From: Spirochaetes bacterium RBG_13_51_14
GTDB taxonomy: Bacteria; Spirochaetota; UBA4802; UBA5550
Length of the DNA: 60,833 nucleotides
Assembly: GCA_001829455.1 (NCBI GenBank)
Contig: MIBH01000062.1
Location: forward strand, 1 to 60,833
Reading direction: 5' to 3'
The stretch's first letter is position 1, and each line of letters begins with the position of its first letter. The notes beneath the pieces were generated by a model, which was not told the origin of the DNA, did no database searches, and saw only the letters and a program-made list of their open reading frames with translations. Position numbers and translations under genes: made by a program. This document shows positions 10,111 through 20,091 of the stretch, in pieces.

Positions 10111-11055
10111 TTATAATATTTTTTTCAGCATCGTACTTAATTGAGCTGACCTGATTTTTTCTCCCTTCTGATTGAGATGATATACCGTTTCGGCGAAATA
10201 ATCTTCCGGGTAAACGAAATCCGATGGTTTGTTTAGGACAATACATTTCAGCTTTTTTTTCATCAGATCATAGTATGCGTCAATATACCGTTCATTGAGT
10301 TTATAATAGGCCCGAGGGAAATGGGAAAAATAAAAAACAACTTTTACGTTGCGTGCAGCGGCGTAATCGGTAAAATCGTTAATAAACGCATGGTTCTTCC
10401 ATTCCGGATAGTTGAATATGGTATTGCTGTCTCCCAGTGGCCTGACCACAACATAGGGGGTGGCACGGTCGCCGTTTGTATTGAACTCGGTGCTGTAATT
10501 TGGAAAGCCAGTATCACACAAATGGAAAAAATTTAACAGCACCAGATTTCTAATGTAGGACTTGGCCTTCAACTGGGCCAGTTCATGAACGATCTTGAAG
10601 AGCTCGCAATATTGCCTGTTGGCGAGGTATTCCGCCATGTGGCGCCGGGGGGACATGAGAAAGAAGAATTTTTTTGATTCTTTGTTGGTGTGGATATATT
10701 CGACATATTTTTTGTCAATGGCCGCCGGATATTCCATGGTTATGACGACCACATCGCCGGGTTTCAGGTACGGCTTGATCTCCTCAAGATGTTCCCGCGT
10801 GCCAAGACCGCCCCAAAGGCTCATGTTGACGGCCGCGTAATGGAGCTCCTTCCCGACAAGGGGCGTGTCAAGCGTCAACTGGCTGCTGCCGCCGATAAAA
10901 ATTATGCGCGGCGGCTTTTTTGACACCAGCATCTTTTTTTTGTTCACCATGGCTGCCAGGTCATGCGGATAGGTGCCGGGCACGATCCAGAGGGCGCACA
11001 GGGTGAGGATCATCGAGATTATACTGAGTGTTATGTAACCGACTAATTTTTTCAT
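10111..11055 (-). CDS. Membrane-anchored partner of MBOAT (DltD/AlgJ-like), second copy
   Basis: Same architecture as 7554-8528: IIFIGGSSQ and FAETVYHL. It is visibly more AT-rich than the first copy. Confidence 0.6.
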   Translation of the reverse strand: MKKLVGYITLSIISMILTLCALWIVPGTYPHDLAAMVNKKKMLVSKKPPRIIFIGGSSQLTLDTPLVGKELHYAAVNMSLWGGLGTREHLEEIKPYLKPGDVVVITMEYPAAIDKKYVEYIHTNKESKKFFFLMSPRRHMAEYLANRQYCELFKIVHELAQLKAKSYIRNLVLLNFFHLCDTGFPNYSTEFNTNGDRATPYVVVRPLGDSNTIFNYPEWKNHAFINDFTDYAAARNVKVVFYFSHFPRAYYKLNERYIDAYYDLMKKKLKCIVLNKPSDFVYPEDYFAETVYHLNQKGEKIRSAQLSTMLKKIL

Positions 11056-11067
11056 ATGACGCCGGGC

Positions 11068-12648
11068 CTAGTATACAAAATATAAAAACTGCTGATTTGA
11101 ATACACTCCAAGAAAAACAATGGCAGAGAGAAGGCCGTAGTATAACGCCCACTGGATATACCAAGGTTTGCGGGCGATCATATCGCGCATGCGCTCATTC
11201 TTCACTTCCTGTATGATATGGATGACTTCCATGACGAGAATGGCCATCGCGAGCGTGATTATCTCCGGTAGAAACGCCGGCTTCGAGTACCCGAGGAATG
11301 TGTTCTTGTTCGGCACCACGAGAAACGACTTCAGCATGTCATAATTCATGGTCAGTAGGGTCTTGAACAGATCGTCCAGCCCTGTTAAAAGATGACTGAT
11401 TATGTAAAAGGCGTCAGTCATGGTGTTGGCTCTGAAAAAGATCGATGAGAGCCAGAACAGAATGAAGGTCCAGGAGATTTTAACGATGGTATGGAGCCGG
11501 GGCGTCCTGGTAAGCCCTATGGCCGTGACGAATTTTTCCCGTACGGTTGCGGTCCAGATCGATAACAGGATAAAAAAACCGTTCAGGCCGGCCCAGGTGA
11601 TGTAGGTCCAGTTAGCGCCGTGCCAGATACCGCTCAGGATGAATGTGACGAATACATTGTACTGCCATCGCCACCGAGCGACCCGGTTGCCACCCATGGG
11701 AATATACACGTAATCCCGCAGCCAGGAGATGAGGGTGATGTGCCATCGCCGCCACAGTTCAGCAACCGAGGTGGAGAGGTATGGTCGCTTGAAATTAATT
11801 GTCAGCTTGATGCCGAATATCTGGGCCACTCCGATGGCGATATCGGAGTATCCGGAAAAATCGCAGTAGACTTGGAATACGAAGCAGAGGGACCCTATGA
11901 TCAGGTAGATACCCCAGTAATCCTGCGGGCGATTGAAGACTTCATTGACGACCATGGCGGCCCGGTCCGCGATAACGAGCTTCTGGAAAAAGCCCCAGGC
12001 CATGAGCTTGATCCCGTCCATGATCTGCCCGTAATTGAATTGATGCTCCTTATAGAACTGGGGGATAAGGGTATTCGGACGTTCGATGGGCCCGGACACT
12101 ATCTTTGCGAAAAACAGAATGTATAATGAGAAAATACCAAAATGACGTTCCGCCTTTTGCCCATTCCGGTATATATCAACGAGATAGCTGATGCTGTGGA
12201 ACGTATAGTATGATATGCCGAGGGGAATGATAAAATTGAGCATGTGCACCGGATACTGCAGGTTGAGGAACTGGGCGATCTGGCCCACGGTCTGATTCAG
12301 GAAATTGAAATATTTAAACAGCAACAGAAGAAAAAGAGGATAGATGATACCGATGACCAGTACGATCTTTGTTTTGCCCGGGTTTGCTTTCCGGTTTTTT
12401 TCGATATATATGCCGAAAAAGTAATCGATAATAATGACCGAAACAATTGAAGCGATCACGCCGATGATATTATAGATATAGCGATCGAGCTGAATTTTTT
12501 CCGGGTTGTATGTTGAATAGCAGAAATAGCCGAAGAAAAAAAAGCTGGCAATAAGAAGCCAGAGCCAGCGCCATTTGTGCTTCAGAGCATAATAGATAAC
12601 GGCGACAGTAGTTAAAAATACAAAAAATCCGATTGAGTTAAACTGCAT
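11068..12648 (-). CDS. Membrane-bound O-acyltransferase (MBOAT), second copy
   Basis: WRRWHITLISWLRDYVYIPMGG and SGIWHGANW. Roughly half of residues are identical to 8542-10059 by eye. Confidence 0.85.
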   Translation of the reverse strand: MQFNSIGFFVFLTTVAVIYYALKHKWRWLWLLIASFFFFGYFCYSTYNPEKIQLDRYIYNIIGVIASIVSVIIIDYFFGIYIEKNRKANPGKTKIVLVIGIIYPLFLLLLFKYFNFLNQTVGQIAQFLNLQYPVHMLNFIIPLGISYYTFHSISYLVDIYRNGQKAERHFGIFSLYILFFAKIVSGPIERPNTLIPQFYKEHQFNYGQIMDGIKLMAWGFFQKLVIADRAAMVVNEVFNRPQDYWGIYLIIGSLCFVFQVYCDFSGYSDIAIGVAQIFGIKLTINFKRPYLSTSVAELWRRWHITLISWLRDYVYIPMGGNRVARWRWQYNVFVTFILSGIWHGANWTYITWAGLNGFFILLSIWTATVREKFVTAIGLTRTPRLHTIVKISWTFILFWLSSIFFRANTMTDAFYIISHLLTGLDDLFKTLLTMNYDMLKSFLVVPNKNTFLGYSKPAFLPEIITLAMAILVMEVIHIIQEVKNERMRDMIARKPWYIQWALYYGLLSAIVFLGVYSNQQFLYFVY

Positions 12649-12804
12649 AAATCGTCAATGCGCTTCTCAGATAAAAATATAGGTTCCGTATGCATTGAGC
12701 TGAGGAGCCTATTGCTGTAGTTACAAACGTATTGCTGCTATTCTTCAGTAACGTGATACCATAGTCAGCAGGTATCATTATAGTCAAGAAAAAATATTTC
12801 ATGC

Positions 12805-12870
12805 AGTCAAAAACCGGGCTGCCGGGCGCTCTTTGAGCATGGCGCCCGCATCAGACCGGATCGTCTGATG
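12805..12870 (-). terminator. Two adjacent hairpins plus a T5 run downstream of rmd
   Basis: CATCAGAC-CGGATC-GTCTGATG (12849-12870) and CGGGCGC-N12-GCGCCCG (12823-12848). On the minus strand these are followed by GCAGCCCGGTTTTT. Confidence 0.4.
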
Positions 12871-12888
12871 GGCCAGAGTCTATTGAAT

Positions 12889-13773
12889 CTATTCGGAAAG
12901 TATCCACTTCAGGGTGTCTTCCATGTCATGCGAGGGCTTCCAGTTGAACCTTTTTCGCAGCGCCGAGATATCGCCGACCAGTTTTGTTATTTCGTTTTTC
13001 CGGATTAATGAACTCGACTGCCGGACGTCTAAGGATGAGTTTGACAGGTTCTGTATGAGATGCAGCAGGTCCAGGAGGCGGTACCCGATTCCGCTGGCGA
13101 CATTGAAGACCTCTCCTTCCGGGAATCGCTCCATGATCCGTATATATATGTCGACAACATCGCGCACGTCCATGAAGTCGCGTATGACTGAAAGGTTGCC
13201 CAGTTCAATTGTTGATTTTTTTTCTCGTATGGCAGAGATGATTTTCGGTATAATGAAGTGCGGGTTTTGTCCTCTGCCGGTGTGGTTAAAGGGTCTGACC
13301 ACAACCAGCGGGAGATGGTTCTCTGAATGGAAAACCTGCGCGATATGTTCCGCTGCCGCTTTGCTTGCGCCGTAGTGGTTAACCGGACTAATCGGAAAGG
13401 CTTCATGAATGGGTTGTACGGCCTCGTCGACGACGCCGTACACCTGCGCGGAGCTGACCAGGAGGAACTCCGGGATGCGCGCGAGCCGGGCTGCGGCCGA
13501 GAGAAGATTCAGTGTTCCGGTTACATTAATTGAATACAGGAGCGACGGATTCCCAGCGTCAACCCACGAGATGGCGGCAAGGTGATAAATGAATTCGGGA
13601 GATAGCTTTTTCAGACAATCCGTGACGGCTGCCTGGTCGGTTATGTCAACGGGGTACACGCGAGAATCATCGCTCTTCGTATCGAGACCGTAGACCTGGT
13701 ATCCCTTTTTTTCCAGGGCCTGTCTCAGGATGGTCCCCACAAAACCGTTTATGCCGGTAATCAATACGCTCAT
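12889..13773 (-). CDS. rmd: GDP-4-keto-6-deoxy-D-mannose reductase-like SDR (Rmd-like; GDP-D-rhamnose or related 6-deoxyhexose)
   Basis: GINGFVG Rossmann motif, YGASK (YxxxK), RPFNHTGRGQ and RDFMDVRDV as in Rmd-type reductases. It lies immediately downstream of gmd. Confidence 0.7.
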   Translation of the reverse strand: MSVLITGINGFVGTILRQALEKKGYQVYGLDTKSDDSRVYPVDITDQAAVTDCLKKLSPEFIYHLAAISWVDAGNPSLLYSINVTGTLNLLSAAARLARIPEFLLVSSAQVYGVVDEAVQPIHEAFPISPVNHYGASKAAAEHIAQVFHSENHLPLVVVRPFNHTGRGQNPHFIIPKIISAIREKKSTIELGNLSVIRDFMDVRDVVDIYIRIMERFPEGEVFNVASGIGYRLLDLLHLIQNLSNSSLDVRQSSSLIRKNEITKLVGDISALRKRFNWKPSHDMEDTLKWILSE

Positions 13774-13824
13774 GACATTATTGGTTCATCGATTGGTGTT
13801 ATAACATGCGGCGATGTTCCCGAA

Positions 13825-14850
13825 TCATGAGGAACGCTGTATTCGTTCCAGATCTCTCTGCACCATGATCTCCACCAGCTCCTTGAACATCACCCGGGGC
13901 TCCCAGCCAAGCTCTTTTTTCGCCAGTGTGTAATCCCCCAGGAGCTGGTCCACCTCGCCGGGGCGGAAAAATTTCGGATTGATCTTCACCAGCGTTTTGC
14001 CTGATTTTGAATCAACGCCGGTTTCATTCACGCCGGTACCCTTCCACTGGACGGAGATCCCAGTATAGGTGAAAGCGTGTTCGATAAATTCGCGCACGGA
14101 ATGGTTTTCATTGGTCGCGAGCACGTAATCATTCGGCTCCGGCCGCTGGAGCATCAGCCACATCCCCTCGACGAACTCTTTCGCATAGCCCCAGTCCCGC
14201 TTCGCGTCCATGTTGCCGATTTCAAGATAGTCCTGCCTGCCGAGCTTGATCCGTGCAACGGCGTCGCTCACCTTCCTCGTCACGAACTCGATGCCGCGAA
14301 GCGGAGATTCGTGATTGAACAGGATACCGGAACATCCGAAGATGCTGTATGACTCCCGGTAATTGATCGTGAGCCAGTGGCCGTACAGCTTTGCGGTCGC
14401 GTACGGGCTCCGGGGATAGAATGGCGTGCTCTCCCGCTGGGGTATTTCTCGGACCTTGCCGAACATTTCAGAGCTGGAGGCCTGATAAAATTTGATCTTC
14501 GGGTTCACGATCCTGATGGCCTCGAGGACCCGCGTCACCCCGATGGCGGTTATTTCCCCGGTCAGCACCGGCTTCTCAAAGGAAACCGCGACAAAGCTCT
14601 GCGCGGCGAGGTTGTATACCTCATCGGGCTTTGTCTTTTCAAAGGCCCGGATGAGGTTGCCGGTATCCAGGATATCAACCTCCACCAGCTCGATATCATT
14701 TCGAACGTTTAATTCATCCAGCCTCCAGAAATTCGGGGAGCTGGTCCTCCGGTATCCGCCGAAGACCCGGTAGCCTTTTGTAAAAAGCAGTTCTGATAGG
14801 TACGCGCCGTCCTGACCGGTTACGCCTGTTATGAATGCAGTTTTAGCCAT
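13825..14850 (-). CDS. gmd: GDP-mannose 4,6-dehydratase
   Basis: [27 protein letters not shown] catalytic motif and Gmd-like length. SD GAGAGGAA lies upstream of the ATG. Confidence 0.9.
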   Translation of the reverse strand: MAKTAFITGVTGQDGAYLSELLFTKGYRVFGGYRRTSSPNFWRLDELNVRNDIELVEVDILDTGNLIRAFEKTKPDEVYNLAAQSFVAVSFEKPVLTGEITAIGVTRVLEAIRIVNPKIKFYQASSSEMFGKVREIPQRESTPFYPRSPYATAKLYGHWLTINYRESYSIFGCSGILFNHESPLRGIEFVTRKVSDAVARIKLGRQDYLEIGNMDAKRDWGYAKEFVEGMWLMLQRPEPNDYVLATNENHSVREFIEHAFTYTGISVQWKGTGVNETGVDSKSGKTLVKINPKFFRPGEVDQLLGDYTLAKKELGWEPRVMFKELVEIMVQRDLERIQRSS

Positions 14851-14929
14851 AGGGTGTTCCTCTCGTATGCATTATATCCAGTTGTATCGATAGAAAAGAA
14901 CCGTGTGCCCGGATTGCCCTGAGTTTTCC

Positions 14930-14957
14930 AATATGAGAGCGGTTTGTTGTTTGTCAA
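14930..14957 (-). promoter_or_regulatory. Candidate sigma70-type promoter for gmd-rmd
   Basis: The minus strand reads TTGACA (comp. 14952-14957), a 16-nt spacer, then CATATT (comp. 14930-14935), about 80 nt upstream of the gmd ATG. Confidence 0.35.
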
Positions 14958-15193
14958 TGATCATTTTTTATTGGGGCCGGATGTATGAACCGCTATGAAG
15001 GTCGAGCGGGCCGATACAAACTCATATGAGTGGGAATGGATGAACAGAACATATCGGGAACATTCAGGTAAAAACTTAATCGATTTAGAAACTCCATGGC
15101 TGGTGCGAATGTTGGAGGCATGCATAAAAGCATTGACAAAATCGACAAATTAATCAAATTATAGCGTCATCACATACAACGAAGAGGATCATT

Positions 15194-16645
15194 ATGGAAG
15201 CACGTAAAATATATATTCTGATTGTGATGTGCGTCTCAACAGGCATCATATCATGCGACATTGATATTCCAATAAAGGAAATGGTGAAGGCGAGGACTAT
15301 AATAAATCAGGCCGGACGGGTTATGGCTGAAAAATATGATCCCGAACATTTCAATAAAGCCATTCAACTCCTGAAAATGAGCCATGATTATCTGATCGAT
15401 AAAAAAGCAAATGATGCGAAAAAGGCTGCTGAGGAATCTTTCGTTTATGGTGATATAGCCGTTCAGACGTCGCTTCCCCGCGCGACCGACGATGCGCTCG
15501 CTGACGCAAAGGCCGCGTATCAGGAGGCGGAAAAACTTTATGCAGAACGATTCGCCCCCGGTCCGTTTTCCGAGGCGGGAAACGCCGTCAGTGAGGCCGA
15601 AACGTTTAAAAATAACCAGAACCTGTGGGATGCCTTCCTGAAAGCGAATGAAGCGGCCGCAGCCGGTAAACAGGCGAAAGAGATTTCCCTCGCCAAGGTT
15701 CCGGAATTGACCGAATCCCTGAACGCCATGAAGAAGGACGCCGAGGATCTCGGTTCGCTCAAGCTGAATGAACAGCAGAAACGGGACCTCGCCGCGGTGA
15801 AGACGAACCTTGGCAAAGCAGGGGATTTGATATCACAGAACAATGTCAAAGATGCAGTTTCGCTCATGGAAGATTCGGAAAACACCCTGAACGGAATAAA
15901 ACTGGCGGGGCAGAAGGTTTCGGCCAGGGACCGCATAGCCCAGCTTCGCGGTGAGGTCGAGCGGCTGAAAAAAAAGCGGGGCACGGAATTCGCCGGAGAA
16001 GACATCGGCATGGTAACTGCGGACCTGAACGAAGCGGACTCACTACTTGATCAGGACAAGACCGATGCGGCGGTTCAGAAAATTTCAGAGGCCGAGCATT
16101 CCCTCGCCATAGCCAGAGAAAAAACGATACAGGGTCTTGCCAGGGACAAGGCGGTATCCGTTGAAAAACTTCTGGATGAGACGAAAAAACGTGACACCCA
16201 GAATAAATTCCAGAAAGAGACCGAAAGAGCGACCGAATTGATCAACGATGGTAAAAAGCTCCTGGGGAGCGAATCATACCGCGAGAGCCTCGTGAAATTC
16301 GAGGAAGCCGAATCGCTGCTCAATTCCCTCGGCGTGGCGCGGGAAAAGGACTTCTTGGAAGATAAAGGGACTATCATGGAAGAGGAGGGCAAAAGGGTCT
16401 ACCAGGTCGTTTACAATAGGAAGAAGCGCGACTGCCTGTGGCGGATTGCCGGCAAAGTTTATAGGAATGCCAGGCTCTGGCCGTTGATATACACGGCAAA
16501 CAAGGACCAGATCAAAGACCCGGACCTCATCTTTCCGGGCCAGCGATTCGTGATACCTGAAATTCCGGACAGTAATGACAAGAAATCGAATGAACAGCAG
16601 GGGAAAGAGGCTGTCAAGGAAGAGAACATCGAAATAAAAGAATAG
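15194..16645 (+). CDS. Lipoprotein with alanine/lysine-rich helical (DUF4398-like/coiled-coil) region and C-terminal LysM domain
   Basis: Signal/lipobox ...TGIISC. C-terminal YQVVYNRKKRDCLWRIAGKVYRNARLWPLIYTANKDQIKDPDLIFPGQRFVIP is LysM-like. Confidence 0.7.
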   Translation: MEARKIYILIVMCVSTGIISCDIDIPIKEMVKARTIINQAGRVMAEKYDPEHFNKAIQLLKMSHDYLIDKKANDAKKAAEESFVYGDIAVQTSLPRATDDALADAKAAYQEAEKLYAERFAPGPFSEAGNAVSEAETFKNNQNLWDAFLKANEAAAAGKQAKEISLAKVPELTESLNAMKKDAEDLGSLKLNEQQKRDLAAVKTNLGKAGDLISQNNVKDAVSLMEDSENTLNGIKLAGQKVSARDRIAQLRGEVERLKKKRGTEFAGEDIGMVTADLNEADSLLDQDKTDAAVQKISEAEHSLAIAREKTIQGLARDKAVSVEKLLDETKKRDTQNKFQKETERATELINDGKKLLGSESYRESLVKFEEAESLLNSLGVAREKDFLEDKGTIMEEEGKRVYQVVYNRKKRDCLWRIAGKVYRNARLWPLIYTANKDQIKDPDLIFPGQRFVIPEIPDSNDKKSNEQQGKEAVKEENIEIKE

Positions 16646-16700
16646 AAGAGCAACAGAACCGGAATATGAACTTAGAAAGAGAGAATCTCAGCACGATGGT

Positions 16701-17915
16701 TTGATAGAGCACCTGGTGAAAAAAACAGTTTTCTCTTTATATATACTCGTATTTTTTTCATGCGTCAGCACGGGTCTTTTCGCGCGGGACATCAATCTCG
16801 ACGGCATATATATCAATCCTGAATCTCCGTACTACCACACACTGCTGGAAAAAAAATTAGAGGCATACCAGGTCGCTCATTCCCAGTTTGTCGACCGCGA
16901 TGTAATATTCGCCTGCTGGGGCGACGGGTTCACCGTTCTCTATGTAAAAGAATTTCCCCGTATCAATGTCGTCTACTCTTACAACAGGACATCGCGACGC
17001 CACCAGGAACTTTTCAGGACAACCGGCACCATCACCGCGTTCAAAAACAGCGCCAGCGGGACATACCTGTTTATGAAGCGCCTGCTGGCGGGATCATCTT
17101 TGATTCCCCGCGGGGAAACTATAGTGCTGAGCGTTACCTCCAGAAGCGTGATGACCCTTGAATCCACGTACCCCTTTATAGATTTCTCCCTGGCTCCCGG
17201 CGGCGACACCCTTCTCTATGAGACGAAAGACGGCATTGCGGAGTATGCGCCGGATACGGGAAGGAGCGAACTGTTGATTAGACGGCAGGCGTATGCGGGC
17301 ATTGTCCGGTCGGGCGAACCAGCCATCGCCGCTGTCTCACCCAACAGGAAAAAGCATATCATCGTGAGTGGAAGCGGCGGATCATACCGGTCCGTGATTT
17401 CCGTCGCCGGCGCCTCATGGGAGTTACCGGGTTTAACATCGGCGAGCGAGCTGTTCTGGGTGGACAATACCATATTGGTGTATCGGGTGGGCGACGCCGG
17501 CAACTACTCGGTAAACCTCTATAACACCGCGACGCGGAAATCATCAGAGATATTAAAAAATTCCCTCAACACGAATATTCTATTTTCAGTCTATCCGAGG
17601 ATCATATCATTCTTAAAGGACCAGGTGATCCAGGTATATGATGTGAGAAAGCAAAATATTATCATGACCGGGCTTGAAGGGGAGGACGTGAGTTTTTCTC
17701 CGGATGGGAACCGGTTCGTTTCGATCTATCTCAAGAAGCTGTTTATTACGGGCATCAGCATGGTGAAAAGGAGCAATATTGAATTAATGAAAACAGCGAA
17801 CGAGATAGCTGTCCTGTATCAAAACCTCCTTGATTCGGGGAAAAACCTGAACAATGAATACTCGCGGGAGTACATACGGAGAAAGATATCGGTGTACCGC
17901 GCAATGCCTGAATGA
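16701..17915 (+). CDS. Secreted/lipoprotein beta-propeller-like protein (TolB/PD40-like repeats)
   Basis: Hydrophobic N-terminus ending FFSC. Repeated motifs LAPGGDTLLYE, VSPNRKKHIIV and FSPDGNRFVSIY. The start may be GTG at 16716. Confidence 0.55.
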   Translation: MIEHLVKKTVFSLYILVFFSCVSTGLFARDINLDGIYINPESPYYHTLLEKKLEAYQVAHSQFVDRDVIFACWGDGFTVLYVKEFPRINVVYSYNRTSRRHQELFRTTGTITAFKNSASGTYLFMKRLLAGSSLIPRGETIVLSVTSRSVMTLESTYPFIDFSLAPGGDTLLYETKDGIAEYAPDTGRSELLIRRQAYAGIVRSGEPAIAAVSPNRKKHIIVSGSGGSYRSVISVAGASWELPGLTSASELFWVDNTILVYRVGDAGNYSVNLYNTATRKSSEILKNSLNTNILFSVYPRIISFLKDQVIQVYDVRKQNIIMTGLEGEDVSFSPDGNRFVSIYLKKLFITGISMVKRSNIELMKTANEIAVLYQNLLDSGKNLNNEYSREYIRRKISVYRAMPE

Positions 17916-17918
17916 GAC

Positions 17919-18905
17919 ATGCTTCCGAGGCGCTCGCCAGTTCAATCATGGGATGACGCTGTGCTGTTAAAGAAAAAAATCCAATCGGTAAAAGTATGGG
18001 CGATCAATTATGTTGCCAGATTAAACACGGGAAACAGGCCTCCGCTGCAGAGCCGGGATATCTTCATAGAGCCGCGGCAGGTCCGGGACCGGCCCGCTAT
18101 CAATATCCTGCTTTTTATAGTGACCTTTTTGACCATAACCTTTGTCGGGGCATCCAGCCTTGATACATTTTCGGCCGTATTGATCAGCGGCCTGCCCTAT
18201 TCGGTGACGCTTATTGTTATTCTTCTGAGCCATGAGTTCGGGCATTACTGCGCGGCGCGGAAATTCGGGGTAAGAGCAACGCTTCCTTATTTCATTCCTT
18301 TCCCATTCCCGCCGATCGGGACCATGGGAGCAATAATAAAAACGAGGTCACCGATACCGAGCAGAAGGGCGCTTTTCTATATCGGGGCCATGGGCCCCTT
18401 ACCGGGATTTGTTCTGAGCCTCGTTGCGGTTATCGCCGGCATTTATCTGTCGGAGATAAAGCCCCTTCCCGCTCCCGGACAGGAACTGCTGTTTGGAGAC
18501 TCGCTGCTGTTCGTAATGCTCGTCAAATTGATACACGGCAGCATACCGCCGGGACACATTATCTACCTGTCACCGTATGCATGGGCCGGATGGATCGGCT
18601 TTCTCATCACCAGCCTGAACCTCATGCCCATCGGCCAGCTCGACGGGAGCCACATCCTGTACGCGCTGATCGGAAGAAAGCAGCTCCTGTTCGGATGGGC
18701 CTCTGTCGCGGGGCTCGCCATCATGTCTTTCATATGGCAGGGATGGATAATCTGGATCGTGCTGACGCTCCTGCTGCTCATGGTGGCGCATCCGGATGTG
18801 CCTGACGGGGAACCGCTGACAGCGGTTGAAAAAACCGTGGGGTGGCTCTGCATGGTTATCCTGATTATGACCTTCGTGCCGGTTCCCGTAGAATTTCTGC
18901 AGTGA
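17919..18905 (+). CDS. Site-2 protease family (M50) intramembrane zinc metalloprotease
   Basis: HEFGHY zinc motif in a TM helix and NLMPIGQLDGSHI (NxxPxxxLDG) motif. It starts 4 nt after the upstream stop. Confidence 0.85.
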   Translation: MLPRRSPVQSWDDAVLLKKKIQSVKVWAINYVARLNTGNRPPLQSRDIFIEPRQVRDRPAINILLFIVTFLTITFVGASSLDTFSAVLISGLPYSVTLIVILLSHEFGHYCAARKFGVRATLPYFIPFPFPPIGTMGAIIKTRSPIPSRRALFYIGAMGPLPGFVLSLVAVIAGIYLSEIKPLPAPGQELLFGDSLLFVMLVKLIHGSIPPGHIIYLSPYAWAGWIGFLITSLNLMPIGQLDGSHILYALIGRKQLLFGWASVAGLAIMSFIWQGWIIWIVLTLLLLMVAHPDVPDGEPLTAVEKTVGWLCMVILIMTFVPVPVEFLQ

Positions 18906-18923
18906 ATTACAGAGAGGGTTGTT

Positions 18924-19244
18924 TCAGTCTTTTCTAATGCCGCTTCTCGATGCCCGGTAATTGGCTTTTTTATAGGCGATATGATTACTGATTATCTTAG
19001 CGGAGCAGAGGATATCAGCTGCGTACCATGCGGCCATGAGATAATAGAATTCGTATCGGCCGATGCTGCTGTTGAAAAAATGGATTAAGGACCCTCGTGT
19101 GATAACCGCCAGCCCCCAGACCGCAACGGACGTGGTGGTTCCGGCCATAAGAACAACGGCCGTAATGACCGATGAGACGGTTTTGTATTTTCTCATCAGC
19201 AAAAAGATGAAAAAAACGATCAATCCCAGAATAAGGATCGTCAT
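18924..19244 (-). CDS. Small membrane protein (3 predicted TM helices)
   Basis: Hydrophobic 106-aa ORF with a GAGGTG SD about 7 nt upstream of the ATG. Preferred over the overlapping ORFs 19015-19293 and 19063-19347. Confidence 0.5.
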   Translation of the reverse strand: MTILILGLIVFFIFLLMRKYKTVSSVITAVVLMAGTTTSVAVWGLAVITRGSLIHFFNSSIGRYEFYYLMAAWYAADILCSAKIISNHIAYKKANYRASRSGIRKD

Positions 19245-19365
19245 GCCGGCACCTCGCAGGAAAATTATCGGCGCATTCTTGGATCAACGGCATTTGTATG
19301 CGATTAATGCACTTGACACGGAATGCGTTTTGGATTATTCATTATAGGCTCAAGGGTCAAATGCC

Positions 19366-20091
19366 GTGAGAAAATCAAGTGTTTATCGGACTACCGGAAT
19401 CATATTTCTTGCAGCTCTCCTTTTTATTCATTCCGGGATCTCGGCCCAGGAGGCGGCGGTTACGCCCGACCAGTCGGATAAAATAATAGAAAGGATATAT
19501 GAGAAATATGCCCCCGCATATAAAAAATATCAGGGCGTGCTCTCAACCCGTCAGATGGATGTCATCGAGTACAATCCCAATAACAACAAGCTTGTCAACA
19601 GATTAAGCGTGAGGCTGATCCACAAGGAGTATTTTTATAAAAAAGTGGAGATTATGGTTCTGGAATACATTAAAAACGATAAACCGATGCGCACTTCCGA
19701 TTACCAGGGAGTAGAGGTCGGCCTCGGGTTCCCGGTTCTGGATGATAACGGCAGAGAGCGGTATATGGCAAGAATCATCAGGCGCACCACTGTTAACGAT
19801 CGGATGTGTTACCTGATGAAAGTTATCCCCCGGAAAAAAACGGACCAGTACTTTGACGGATTCATGTACTTCACCTGCGAGACCCTTGACCTGGTGATGG
19901 TGGAAGGCACAACGGCCGAGCTGCCCTATCCAATGAAAGAGTTCAGCATGAAGCTCTATATCAACCACATCAAAGACCTGCCGGTGCTGCGTAACGGTTC
20001 CTCCATTATGAGGATGTACATTCCCGTTCTGCAGCCGGACCGGCGGTTTGTCACCAGCATTAAAGTTCTGGACAGCGAGCCGCTGAAATAA
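19366..20091 (+). CDS. Secreted hypothetical protein (possible LolA-like fold)
   Basis: Signal peptide IIFLAALLFIHSGISAQE. There are no recognisable catalytic motifs. Confidence 0.5.
   Translation: MRKSSVYRTTGIIFLAALLFIHSGISAQEAAVTPDQSDKIIERIYEKYAPAYKKYQGVLSTRQMDVIEYNPNNNKLVNRLSVRLIHKEYFYKKVEIMVLEYIKNDKPMRTSDYQGVEVGLGFPVLDDNGRERYMARIIRRTTVNDRMCYLMKVIPRKKTDQYFDGFMYFTCETLDLVMVEGTTAELPYPMKEFSMKLYINHIKDLPVLRNGSSIMRMYIPVLQPDRRFVTSIKVLDSEPLK

Noticed and set aside
19015-19347. ORFs 19015-19293 (-) and 19063-19347 (+) overlapping the small membrane protein gene
   Set aside because: The 18924-19244 frame gives a coherent 3-TM protein with a GAGGTG SD. The alternatives are hydrophilic and Arg-rich with no start context.
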